A DNA stretch of 64,000 nucleotides from Eledone cirrhosa (lineage: Eukaryota): positions 119,226,001 through 119,290,000 of the forward strand of contig OZ024743.1 of NCBI GenBank assembly GCA_964016885.1, read 5' to 3'. How positions within the stretch are numbered: position 1 is the first letter of the stretch; every line of letters starts with the position of its first letter. Made by a program: the position numbers and the translations under genes. Shown here piece after piece: positions 41,690 through 53,964 of this stretch. The notes under the pieces were generated by a model. The model was not told the origin of the DNA. It made no database searches and saw nothing but the letters and a program-made list of their open reading frames with translations.

Positions 41690-42760
41690 ATTTTCCTCTT
41701 CAAGTGAAACCTGAAAAAGTTAATTAGGTCTTCATCGAAGAGGAAGGTGCTTCTTTTCAAACATTTCAAACATGTTTACCACACGACATCTTCCGCCAAG
41801 GAAGTGCCTGTCTTTCTCGACTAAAGGAAGACGGTGGGACGATATTTATGATAATATGACGTAGCCTCAGCGCATGTTTGCGCATCATCAGCCATGGCAT
41901 GCATAAGCCTCTACGAAGTGGGTGTTAGCAAAAAGACCGCTTGATCATTGACACACATCTCTTCCACTAAAAGTGAAAGAACAAAGACTCCAGTGCGATC
42001 TGATGTGGTCCAGAACAAGGCATGGCAGTCAGATGTTAGTAGATGACGAACGCGATGTACACATTCGCTACCTCTTCCCTTACTTTCGTGAGTAGCTTCT
42101 CGGCCCATTTCTAGGTGAGAGTGGTCACTCTGGTCCTTACCAAGTCTTAGTTTTTATCCATTTGGAGGCCTAGACCAAACCACAGCCCGAGTAATTAAAC
42201 TAGTCCATCAGTCCAGCGCCCAGTGACGCTATCAGTCGGCATGAACTTGCCTATCGACTTTTCCTGGTTAATGTTTGTTCCAGTTATCGCTTCGTATTCT
42301 CCGGGATGCCTATCAACTTAATGTGAGCTGTTCGACACCACCATGGGGACGTCCTCGACTTATGCTTAAATGGACCTTCAATATCCTATTTCGCGCGCGA
42401 TGCTCTTTAACGTCTCCAACTTGCGAATTAGTGGCTCGAGAATCAATACATACTACAGAGACGAGAGGAGACAATTTTGGCGGACAGATCGCATGAGGTT
42501 GAACTGTTTCGAGAGGTTGTCGTTCACGCTGGCTAAAGAGCATATGTCGCTGTGCATTGCGGGGATTCATCCTCTGAAGACGACCCGAAACCGACGGTCT
42601 TGAGGATTGCCAACCTCATCGCTAACATCTTTTCAAAATTTAAAATTCTGTGTTTAGAAAAGTTATGGGCTTAAAATTATCGATATGGACTCCCTTGTTT
42701 AGCCTCTTTCTCGGCAGCGCCATCACTCCTCGGCACACAAATATGCCAATGCACACAAAC
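41690..42760 (-). pseudogene. Decayed L1/Tx1-like RT region
   Basis: NFKPITFLNTEFKI resembles the RT motif NFRPITLLNT..KI. GC-richer, disrupted coding-like sequence follows. Confidence 0.55.
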
Positions 42761-45144
42761 AGGGAGAGCAAAGCCAACAGATATTGTAATCCAAAGCAAT
42801 AAAGAAAGGAAGTGCCTCTTAATTGACGTTTCAGTCTCAACAGGCGACAATATGTCTATACAAAAATGAGGAAATTATTCAAATATAAAAATCTGGAGAT
42901 AGAAATAACTGGCTGAATGGTAATATTGACACCGGCGGGATTTGATAGAAGAATGTAAAAGAAAAGAAAGAAAAAAAAAAAAAAGAACAGAACAGAACAA
43001 ATGTGGCAAAACACTAACGAAAGATTTAACAAACAAGAACGAGAGAAAAAGAAGAATAAAAAGAAAGTATGGAAGAGGAAAACAAATGGAAAAGAATGAC
43101 AGAATCGACGGGGAAGAAGAAGAAGAAGAAGAAGAAGAAGAAGAAGAAGAAGAAGAAGAAGAAGAAGAAGAAGAAGAAGAAGAAGAAGAAGAAGAAGAAG
43201 AAGAAGAAGGGAAAACAAACTATTGCCCTTTTTCATAAATAACCATGGACTTCTAAAAAAGACAATGAAGGTAACAAACGTCAACTAACAAACATTTTGA
43301 AGAACTTCTTAAATAATATAGTAAATTACTATGTATTTCTATTGTCTAATATATATTATGGATTATCTCACTAATCATTCCATTGTACCTCGTGTAAACA
43401 CCATTATAGCACAATAGCCTAATACCACCCAAAACAAGGCAGGACAACCTATACACACACAACCGTATCATTCAACTCAAATTTAAAACAGGAATTAATT
43501 TAGCTGCAAAATATGACAAGTGAAACATTCCGAATGGTTTACATTAAATAACCTAGATTCCCATAGATATAACAAAAGAAAAAAGAGGTAAATTAGAAGA
43601 AAACGTTTCCACATTTTATATTTTCCAGTAACACTACCCCTCTCTTAAACTATTGCAAAAAATAAGTGCATACGGGGCGGTTTCATCGTCCTATGCGTAT
43701 CCCAGTTGTCGGCACTCCCATACATGTAGAGTTTATCACGAACTGGTAATTCTCCTTGGTAGCATAGTCAGGCAAGAGATTTCTGGAAATTGTTCATGGG
43801 CCATGGATAAACTTCCATGTAGAGAAAATAATCCTGATTCAAATGAAATTCAGGAGCCGAACAGACTCTTAAGTTTAAGAAGATATATTCTTAAAACTAA
43901 AAGAATATCAGAAAGAAAATAACTATGAAAATAAAATTTTAAAAGATGGTGAAAAATAAAATTAAGACTTTAAAACTATAAACATTGGGCACATATGTTA
44001 CAAAAAAACAACAACAGAAACAATACAAAAATACAACTCAAGTAAGAGTAACGCACTAACAGTTCGCACTAGACATACGCCACTGAAAAAAGAATATAAA
44101 TGAATGTAGATAAGCGAGAGAACGTTTTATAAAGCTGGAGATTTTCAATAGGTAGAAATAGTTAACTATCGATCGAATACTTTTTATGGATCAATAAAAG
44201 ATCCTTCCAAAGATAAAACCGAACGATTAAACAGTAACAAAAATTGAAATATAAAAATGCAAACAAGGCCAACTCAGTCTTCTAGGAAACAGACACAAAA
44301 TCAATATCAACAGAATACATCAAATAATTTATGCAGCAGTTGTAATTACAAAGGAAAGCAACTAATTCCAAGCAAACAACGAGTAATACAAACATCGAGA
44401 GAAATAGAAAATCAAAACGTTATCTCAATTTTTTTGAGATTGATATAAAAAAGACGGAAATGAAAAAAAAATGAAAAATTCAAAAACGAATATTAAGAAA
44501 ACAAGCAGAAACGATTTGTACAGAGATACAAGATTTAGTAAACATCAAAGAGCTGCGAAGATAATTGATCCAGTGTAAAAAAAAAAGAAATCGTTATTAA
44601 AAGTGACCATATTTTATTAAACTAACAAACGAGTCTATTGAAACCTGAAACGATCTTAAAAAGATCAAGGTAGACACCAATCGTGTACTAACAGAAAGAA
44701 GGAACAATTTTTCTGACTAACATTTCTGATGATTGACTATCCTTTTAATCAATAACAGACTTGAATATGTTGTTCCTTTTGCAGCGGCTAAAGTGAGAGA
44801 CAATGCCACAGACCTGGAATTGGATAGTTCAGTAGTTTCTCACATGACTACATTTTAAGTAACAAATTACAACACATGAATTCATAATTTATGAAGCAAT
44901 TTCAGTTCTAAATATTCGACACTTTAAAAAAAGATTTCACTCAATTCATGGTTTGAATACAGAGCGTGATATGTATATTTCTCTTCTCATTATTGGTCTA
45001 ATATTTTTGACTCATATGCATATGTTCTGTGTTGAGTCTGCGTCAGTTCCTAATTCGATCAATAGAAATGTTCATTAATGTAAATTAATGTGCAAGTGGC
45101 TGAGTATTCCACAGACACATGTGCCCTTAATGTAAGTAAATATA

Positions 45145-45212
<68 letters not shown>

Positions 45213-45233
45213 CAAGTACACACACACACGCAT

Positions 45234-45348
<115 letters not shown>

Positions 45349-46560
45349 TTTATATATATATATATACCAACATATATGTGTGTGCTTAAATTATCATTGT
45401 ATTCTTACTCAGGTTACTTGATATTAATTGAGAAAATTAAATAGGAAAACAAGGATACAATACAAAAAACACTAAGAAAACAATGAAAAAATCAATAAAA
45501 TATCATAAATCAGACCAAAAATATGACATTTTCCTTCACTAATTTATATTTATCATTATTATTGACGTTTTGGTTCCTGTTACGTTTTATGTAATACGAT
45601 AAAAAAAACATTAACAAAAAAAACAACTAAAACTAAGATTGAGATGGCTGACACGGCTTGGCGCCAGTATGTATAGATAAATATGTTCTTCTAGTATAGG
45701 TACGGGAGACATTAAAACAATGGCCGTCGCTTCATCCGCTTGGTAATTAATTTGTTTGTTATTCTGCTTTGTGGCTGCTTTTTGTTTATGGCTGTAATTT
45801 CTGACTTTCCGTGCTAACTATTGTAAAGATAACGTGTCAGTATTATTAATTATTGTTTTATTTATGGTTTTAATATTTAAAACACTGCACACTCTGTATA
45901 TATGTACGTACATATGTTTTTACGCATATATTAGGGCAGTATGACCTAATGGTTTAGAGGTTCGCTTCACTATCAGAAAGACCTTGGTTCGATTTCACAG
46001 TGTAGCAATTTGCGCAGCTGTGCTCTACCATTATCCCGGCCTAAGTTAAACATTCTTTGTGATATTATGTAGATGTGAGTGTGCGTTTGAGAAATTCACT
46101 TCACACACATGATATCCATCTTGGGCATGTGTTTTTATCTTAGCCTCGGGTGGACATAATGTTTGTGAGTAAAATTGGGTAGATGGTAATTGTTGGATGC
46201 ACTCTATCTAGAATTCAAAAATGCAGCCTGGTAACATGATTTCAAGCTTATTCGGTTTGGATATTACGTTAAGGGTATATGTGTTTGTAGAATTCTCTAC
46301 CATTTACACCTTAATTTACGAGCTGGAAGTTCGGTTGATCGAACAACTGAAAGCTCATCAACAAAACAGAAGAAATTGAATTTATCAATTACATCAACAT
46401 AAATTAGGAAGATCTAACATCAGGCATAGATGAAATTACCTTAAATTTAGCTACTCACACTGATGGATTCGCATCAAGTAATCAAATGCAATGTGCGAAA
46501 AGGGCTCGCCAAAAGCTTAACACTTATTCTATGGTACTTGTTCTCATTCTTAAATGAAAT

Positions 46561-46910
46561 ATCGCTATTTCAGAGCACACATACCAATTTCTAATTCATG
46601 CTGGGCCGGTACCGCTCTATATGTTAATGAGTTTAAACAGTTCATAAACATAACTGGAATTCTATAAGAATCCAGCTTCTTTAGCTTTCGGCAAAAGTGA
46701 AGAGGTATGTAATCTTGTCAACCACTTACAAGTGAGAAACGGTCAGAGTCGATTACTCCCCTTTTGGTTTTGCCGTGACTAAGTATGTGACGTTAGTCAC
46801 TACCTTAAAATTCATAACGAATGGCCTTCAAAATGTTTTTAAATATACATGCAGTATATTATTAAATATACAATACCTACATTGATATTATATACATCGC
46901 TATTTCGGAG
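46561..46910 (+). mobile_element. Diverged single-unit relative of the 310-bp retrozyme-like repeat (335-bp period)
   Basis: Shares ATCGCTATTTCAGAGCA, CCAATTTCTAATT, ACCGCTCT, ATTCTATAAG, GTGACGT and CTTCAAAATGTTT in the same circular order. Terminal redundancy ATCGCTATTTCRGAG. Degenerate HHR at 46709-46756. Confidence 0.8.
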
Positions 46911-48877
46911 AACCAATACACATATCTAATAGTAAGTGAAGAGTTATTGCTGTAATCGTTGTTTTTGTTTTAGCCTCAGGTCAATTCGGATTGGACAAAC
47001 ATTATCAAATACATACCAGCCGTAACGATCCCACCTATGTCTAGTGAATATTATATCACAGAATAATATAGACCATTCAAATAATATAGACCATTTTTCA
47101 GATAACGTTTAAGTGCAACACATAGTGACTTCTATAACACATACTATTGATACATACATGAATAAGATGCCTAGCTAAGTTTTATTTTATTTTATTCTAT
47201 ATTTTTATCTATTTAAAAACAGTATTTATATTTTTATGCAAAAGAGTACGATACTCACCAGTATTCAACAATCTAGATTCCCTACAATAAATCTCTATAT
47301 AAATAAATATCTCTTAACTTGAATAAAATAGTTATAACATTGAAAGATTTTTCAAACAATCTATTCCTAATTGTAAACACAAGTACCAATAGATTTAGTT
47401 GACAATATACACGGTGTATATAAAAAAACATAACATTGAACAATCTCAAATATAATATAACAATCTCAAAGGTACGTTAAATATATATAATTTCTCAAAT
47501 AATGTCAAATATGGAAGTTTAATAATTTACAATAATTTTTAAGTAATAGTTTAAAGCAAGTTGTAGAGAATTCTTTAGGTGAATATTGACACTATGAGGC
47601 ACTTGGATAATTGCTGTTCTTGTTCCAAAAGAAGAAACAATTAATAAAAATGTCAAGTTACTACGTTTAAGGAATACATTCTTAAATAAAGCAAACCAAT
47701 AAAAATGTTAAAGATAAGTAAATATCTTAAAGAACCACGTGGTTGTGAAGCGAATGTTTTACTGATATAGAAATATATTAATTTGGACATATCAAAAATA
47801 TATGTATCTATAATAATAGATTGTTGAAAATAAATCCCATAAGCAATGAATGATGGCTGACCTATGACCAAAAGGTTTCTTCGGCCGTGACGATCACATC
47901 TGTTTTCAGACAAATCGTACCATATGACTTGATTTATCCAGCGTGTTCTTGCTTTTGTTAAGATTGTAAGGTAAGATTTAACAGCGATGTGGCTTATATT
48001 CCGAAAACAGATCACCGCCCGCGTAGATATTCATTAAATGCCACTGATTGAAAATCTACTGCCACTCGATTTCTGAAAAATTCAAACACTCCAATGTGGA
48101 ATCCTCTTAATGTTCTGCACCTGCCTATTTTCAATGTAAAATGCCTCCACAGCTATTATTAAGTAAGTGCACAACAATATTTTTTTTTATTACGAATATA
48201 ACTTGGTACCGCATTTCTATTCTTCCCGTATGGTTGGGTGTTGGTTTCTTAATGAGAGACACTTTTTTGCTTCGACAAGATTTATATTCAAATCTGCTGG
48301 TTTCCCACACTCCCTCCACATCTTGTAATCTTGGTGGGCTTTGTCAATAACACCCGTATCAACTAGAAGACAGTTTGTACTGGGATTCCTAGTATCAGTT
48401 GCCTCTTTTACTGCTAACCGAGGGAGGAAAAATAAGCACACACAATCCTTTAGTTTTTCTGGTTATCTAGTGGGAGAAATGTAGAAAGTTATCTTAATAC
48501 TCGAGAACGAACGGTGCATCACATTATACTCCACTTGACGACCCTAAGAGAGAGGCAGTGGTGCTAAATCGGGTGATGAATTAAATTTACCAACCCAGGA
48601 ACAAATATGGTCGCTTCGACTGGCTTCCGAGGAAATTGTATACCACATTTCCGTTACAAGGCTTTTATAGAAACAGGATTATTGTAAAGGACACTTGCCT
48701 AAGCTTGTAGTAATTCGGTTACCTGTGACTGATTTAGTAATATCCTACGAAGAGAGAGGTCTGTCTCCGGACTATTCTATTTGATGTTTAACTCCAGCCG
48801 TTGTTGTTATTGCTTAATTCTCAGTGAGATTCAATTGAGCCTTCTTATGATCAAAGACATCCCAACCTTAACCCCAT

Positions 48878-49060
48878 TGGTGGTGGATTGGCAGTATCGG
48901 TAGAGGGTCGGACGCCATGCTTTGCAGCAAAGAGTTACGGCCCTTTATGGTCTGAGTTCAAATCCCGCCGAGGTTAACTTTGCCTTTCATCCTTATGGGA
49001 TCGATAAAATAAAGCACCTGGGATAATTACTGGCCTTGTGCCAAAAGTAGAAACAATTAT
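48878..49060 (+). mobile_element. tRNA-derived SINE
   Basis: Full-length copy with a small deletion before the tail. Confidence 0.88.
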
Positions 49061-50762
49061 CTCTTTATGTATCTAGGCCTACATTACCAAATGTCACCTT
49101 GTTCGCAGATATTAACAAAAAATTACTATAATCACCAACATGGAAAAAAGTACTCGTTATAAAATGAGTGACCTGATAAGTAAAGTTCTCTCCTCTATAT
49201 GATGAGGCACCATTAACTCAGATCATATATCTGAATCATCGTTTTGTGTTGTCAAAAATTCATTTAATTTTGTTAATTTGAATTTCATAGACGTAGAGAC
49301 CAAGCCGTGTTTATCATAAAAATGCCTTTTTTTTATATATAAAATACTTTCAAAAGTTCATCTTTTTCCTGTCTTATCACTTCTTTTTTGGCAAAAATAA
49401 ATGCGTTAATTTTTTGAGAGCGGTTAATTGGCAGAGTAGTTAGAGCTTTTCTGGTCATTTTGTTCTGAGTTCAAATCCCTTCGAGTGAGGTCAATTTAGT
49501 TTTTCATTTTTCCGAGGTCGATGAAATAGAATACAAGTAAAGTACTCTCTTGCTTTATACTACAGGTAATCTTTGCAAACATGCGATATGTGCAAGTAAA
49601 ATCCACATCAATATTATATTTCTCCAATACTCTCCACTACCTCTCTTTCACTCAATTTGGATCTCATGAAAAGGGATAACAAAAAGGAAAAATATGAAGG
49701 AAAATGTCATGCTTGCGATACCTACTTTAAGATAAATAGAAACATTTCTTAGAATATATATTGTTTTACTGATAATGAAGAAATTTTTGTTTCTATATGA
49801 ATGAACAAAATAACGCAGAAATCAAATAATTTGGTATATCTGCATCTTAAAACTTGATGCAGTTACTTGCAGCAGTAGTTTCTCCGGTATTGTTAGCTTG
49901 AATGAAAGAATATTATTTTATTCGCTAATAAACAATTCTCATTTTTATTTTTACCTTTTCTCATGATGCATCTTAAAAATATATTGTTTATCTTAAGTAT
50001 TTAATGTAATATCATATCTCAGACAGTTTCTTAATTGTTCGTTGGTAAGGACAGATGTGATTTTTTTATACAATAAATATACAAGAGTCTCGCTATGTAT
50101 AATTTTAATTGTGATCATGTTAAAACTCACTAGGTAGAGAAGCCAAAATAAGTGAATAGCTAGGATGAATTTGCAGTAACACTAACCTAGTGCGGTTATG
50201 AAGGCATATACGATATATTTATGGACAATACATATAACAAGAGTCTCGCTGTGAAGGTTTTAAGCTCTAACCGTGCTACGACTCTATCTCTCTTTCACCC
50301 CCTCACGCTCTCTCTCGCTATCTCTCGCTATCTTTCTCTAAACATTCGAGAGAAAACGGGTGACGAAAGTTCAACTGAATCTCTACTCCTCTCGTTCAAT
50401 TTTAATGTATGAAATTATGGTAAAAATATTAATGAGAATTGTCTTTTCTAAATCACGTAAGGTTCTTTGTTTCATAAATCCCAAATAATAACGATAATGA
50501 TGGTGATGTCTTTTGTGGTGATACTGATACAGGTGTAGTTGATGGTGGTGATACTGAGAAGAAGAAGAAGAAGAAGAAGAAGAAGAAGAAGAAGAAGAAG
50601 AAGAAGAAGAAGAAGAAGAAGAAGAAGAAGAAGAAGAAGAAGGAGGAGGAGAAGAAGAAGAAGAAGAAGAAGAAGAAGAAGAAGAAGAAGAAGAAGACGG
50701 AGAAGAAGAAGAAGAAGAAGAAGAAGAAGAAGAAGAAGAAGAAGAAGAAGAAGAAGAAGAAG

Positions 50763-50803
<41 letters not shown>

Positions 50804-51070
50804 CTTAATATGTGCAGCCGTCAAATTAATTAACAGAGTAGGTTTGTTAACACTATTTCCGTTGGGTTTGATTAAATATTCTACGCATCGCTTCCGCTGA
50901 ATTTGCTTGCAGGTCTTGCCCATCAAAAACAAAAAGACAGAAAAACAGACCTTGTCGACAAAGGTGTGAAGGAGACAAAGGGTGATATATATATATATAA
51001 GGGGAAATGGAATAGATAGGAAAATTGATAGAGCACACACACTCATGTTTATCTATCTATATATATATAT

Positions 51071-51200
<130 letters not shown>

Positions 51201-51277
51201 CATATATACATACATACACACACACATATATATATATATATGTATGTATGTATGTATATATATATATACATACATAC

Positions 51278-51309
<32 letters not shown>

Positions 51310-51362
51310 ATATGTGTATATATGTATATATATGTATATATATGTATATATGTATATGTATA

Positions 51363-51406
<44 letters not shown>

Positions 51407-51816
51407 GGTGTGTGTGTGGGTGTGTGTGTATAGTGAAGTGCGCTAGCAACAGAAGTGGATGATAAAGTTATAGCTGGATAAATACAGAGTGTGTAATCGA
51501 GACTACACTAAAATATATAAATATATACACATATCTAATATGTAGGCATGTAACCATGCCAGTGAATACGAATTTCCCTGTACATTGAATACATCATAAA
51601 CACCTTTATTCGATTTACGAATCTAATTGGCGTGTATATCATTTAATCCACCATAAGGAAACATTTGGTGAGTATTTATGAGTATATATATATACAATAT
51701 CCCTATATATTTTTAGTATCATTTTGAGATGGATGTATTAATTTGCATATAATTAGCACTTGTGTTGGTAATTAAGATAAGATATACATTAAGAAATGCG
51801 TTAGCATCCGAATTGT

Positions 51817-51914
<98 letters not shown>

Positions 51915-51984
51915 GAGAGGGAGAGAGAGAGTGTGCGTGTGTGTGTGTTTGTATGAATGTATACATATATATATGTATATATTT

Positions 51985-52023
<39 letters not shown>

Positions 52024-52170
52024 TTCAAATATACATACATACATGGAAAACTAGGGGGAGTAGAAACAGTGACAAACGAACTGGTTGCTGGGAAGAGTCA
52101 GTAATTTGTTTGGAATGTTGGCTTTCTATAGAAGATAGATAATATAGGGATAAACATTTATACACACACA

Positions 52171-52202
<32 letters not shown>

Positions 52203-52203
52203 T

Positions 52204-52245
<42 letters not shown>

Positions 52246-52628
52246 GGATCGAATGAGCAGTGTGGTGTGGTGTGGTATGGAATGGTTGTATGGTTATTGG
52301 ACGTGAAGAAAACACCGAAAAGGAAACGAGAAATGTTGCGAAACCACTTCATATTAAAAGTTGATTAAGTCCAATGTCGAACCAGTGATGTAGGAAATTA
52401 TATTATTGTTGTAGGAGAAGGCTTGTGTTATAACATATATTATACTATTTCAGTTCTACACATTTCTCATTTGGCTTTCATTGCTGCTTACTTCCTACAT
52501 AGTCTGTCTGTCTGACTGACATCTAACCAAAGAAATTGATTTAGCAGGTGACAGTGGCGATGACGACGAAATATCCTCACGAACACAAACACATATATAT
52601 CATTTATACGTACACACACACATACACT

Positions 52629-52693
<65 letters not shown>

Positions 52694-53198
52694 GTGTGTA
52701 TATATGTATGTATGTATAATATATATGCATGCGTGTGTTTGTATAGCAGTTTAAAATGGTGCGTCGAATAAAATGTAGCCTACTGAGTTACCTCCCTTAT
52801 AGCAAAATGCTGACTTACGTAGTTTGATAAATACCAGGGTCTATATAATCGTATAAAATGCTTGAAAGTTGAGTCCAAGCATTGTCGTAATACAAAGACT
52901 GAAAGTCGTAAAGTCTCTGCAGTTACGCACAAAAGCGAAAGCTAATTTCACAGTGAATTATCAGCTTCAAACAAGTAGAATTATGATTTTACATAGTTTA
53001 ATTCTTACAATTGTTTCAGAATATCACACAATAGCTCGCTCACCAAAAGCTTTAAATTTCATTAACTTAGAGAAATCAGGATGGATTAAAATATCACAAG
53101 AAGGGACGGAAGCTACCCATTTATTTCCAGCCTTAAACTTAAATATGATTCAGTTTTTCAATTTTTTTCAATATATATACAGCTATAACAGCAAATAC

Positions 53199-53252
<54 letters not shown>

Positions 53253-53258
<6 letters not shown>

Positions 53259-53650
53259 GTGAGGTTTTTTTTACAAAATGAAAAATAACCGAGGTGTCCT
53301 ACACGAGTGGAAGTATAAAGAAAAAGGGATGAAATCGAAAATGCAACTGAAGTCTTATTTTTTTTTTTTTTTTTTTTTTTTAAATATATATATTTATTTG
53401 GTTCCTTTACCGGTTTCGCAGTTCTTCTGCTTTTCAAAAGGTGAGTTGAGATGGAGGGTCTGTGGTTTTTCTTACATCTGTGAGAAAAACCACAGACCCT
53501 CCATCTCAACTCACCTTTTGAAAAGCAGAAGAACTGCGAAACCGGTAAAGGAACCAAATAAATATATATATTAAAAAAAAAAAAAAATAAATAAAAAAAA
53601 AAAAATAAAAAAATAAGACTTCAGTTGCATTTTCGATTTCATCCCTTTTT

Positions 53651-53657
<7 letters not shown>
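53253..53657 (-). mobile_element. Fold-back element family C with a hammerhead in each arm, in (TA)n
   Basis: ~60-bp tail, then arms 53314-53472 / 53483-53657, differing mainly in a poly-T/A run. Confidence 0.75.
53514..53551 (+). ncRNA. Minimal type I hammerhead with U3-A8 variant core (mirror copy at 53404-53441, minus)
   Basis: CCTT-TTGAAAA-GCAG(AAGAA)CTGC-GAAA-CCG-GTA-AAGG: 4-bp stem I, 4-bp stem II, palindromic stem III ACCGGT. Confidence 0.75.
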
Positions 53658-53719
<62 letters not shown>

Positions 53720-53722
<3 letters not shown>

Positions 53723-53945
53723 ATAATAATAATAAATTTGAAGACTAAAATCAAAAGTGGCCTTGTTAAGGATAAATATATATCAAATATATAAGAACCG
53801 TAGAGCAAATATTTATTAAAATAACAGATTAAAGTTTAAGCACAGAATCGCTGCTTTCACCGTTAACGAGTTTCAGAAGATCCCGTTAAGGGTGAAAGCA
53901 GCGATTCTTTGCTAAAACTTTAATCTGTTATTTTAATAAATAAAT
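53720..53945 (-). mobile_element. Short fold-back copy of the terminal repeat of the adjacent Penelope-like element
   Basis: 53720-53868 matches 53965-54108. The inverted arm 53869-53941 carries AGTTT-CAGAAGA-TCCC(GTTAA)GGGT-GAAA-GCA..TGC-TA-AAACT. Confidence 0.8.
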
Positions 53946-53964
53946 ATATATATATATATATATA

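Noticed and set aside
43250-44770. A-rich, strand-biased region resembling an ancient LINE
   Set aside because: I could not recover any diagnostic protein motif.
48131-48441. Short overlapping ORFs in unique sequence
   Set aside because: No recognisable motif or consistent splice signals.
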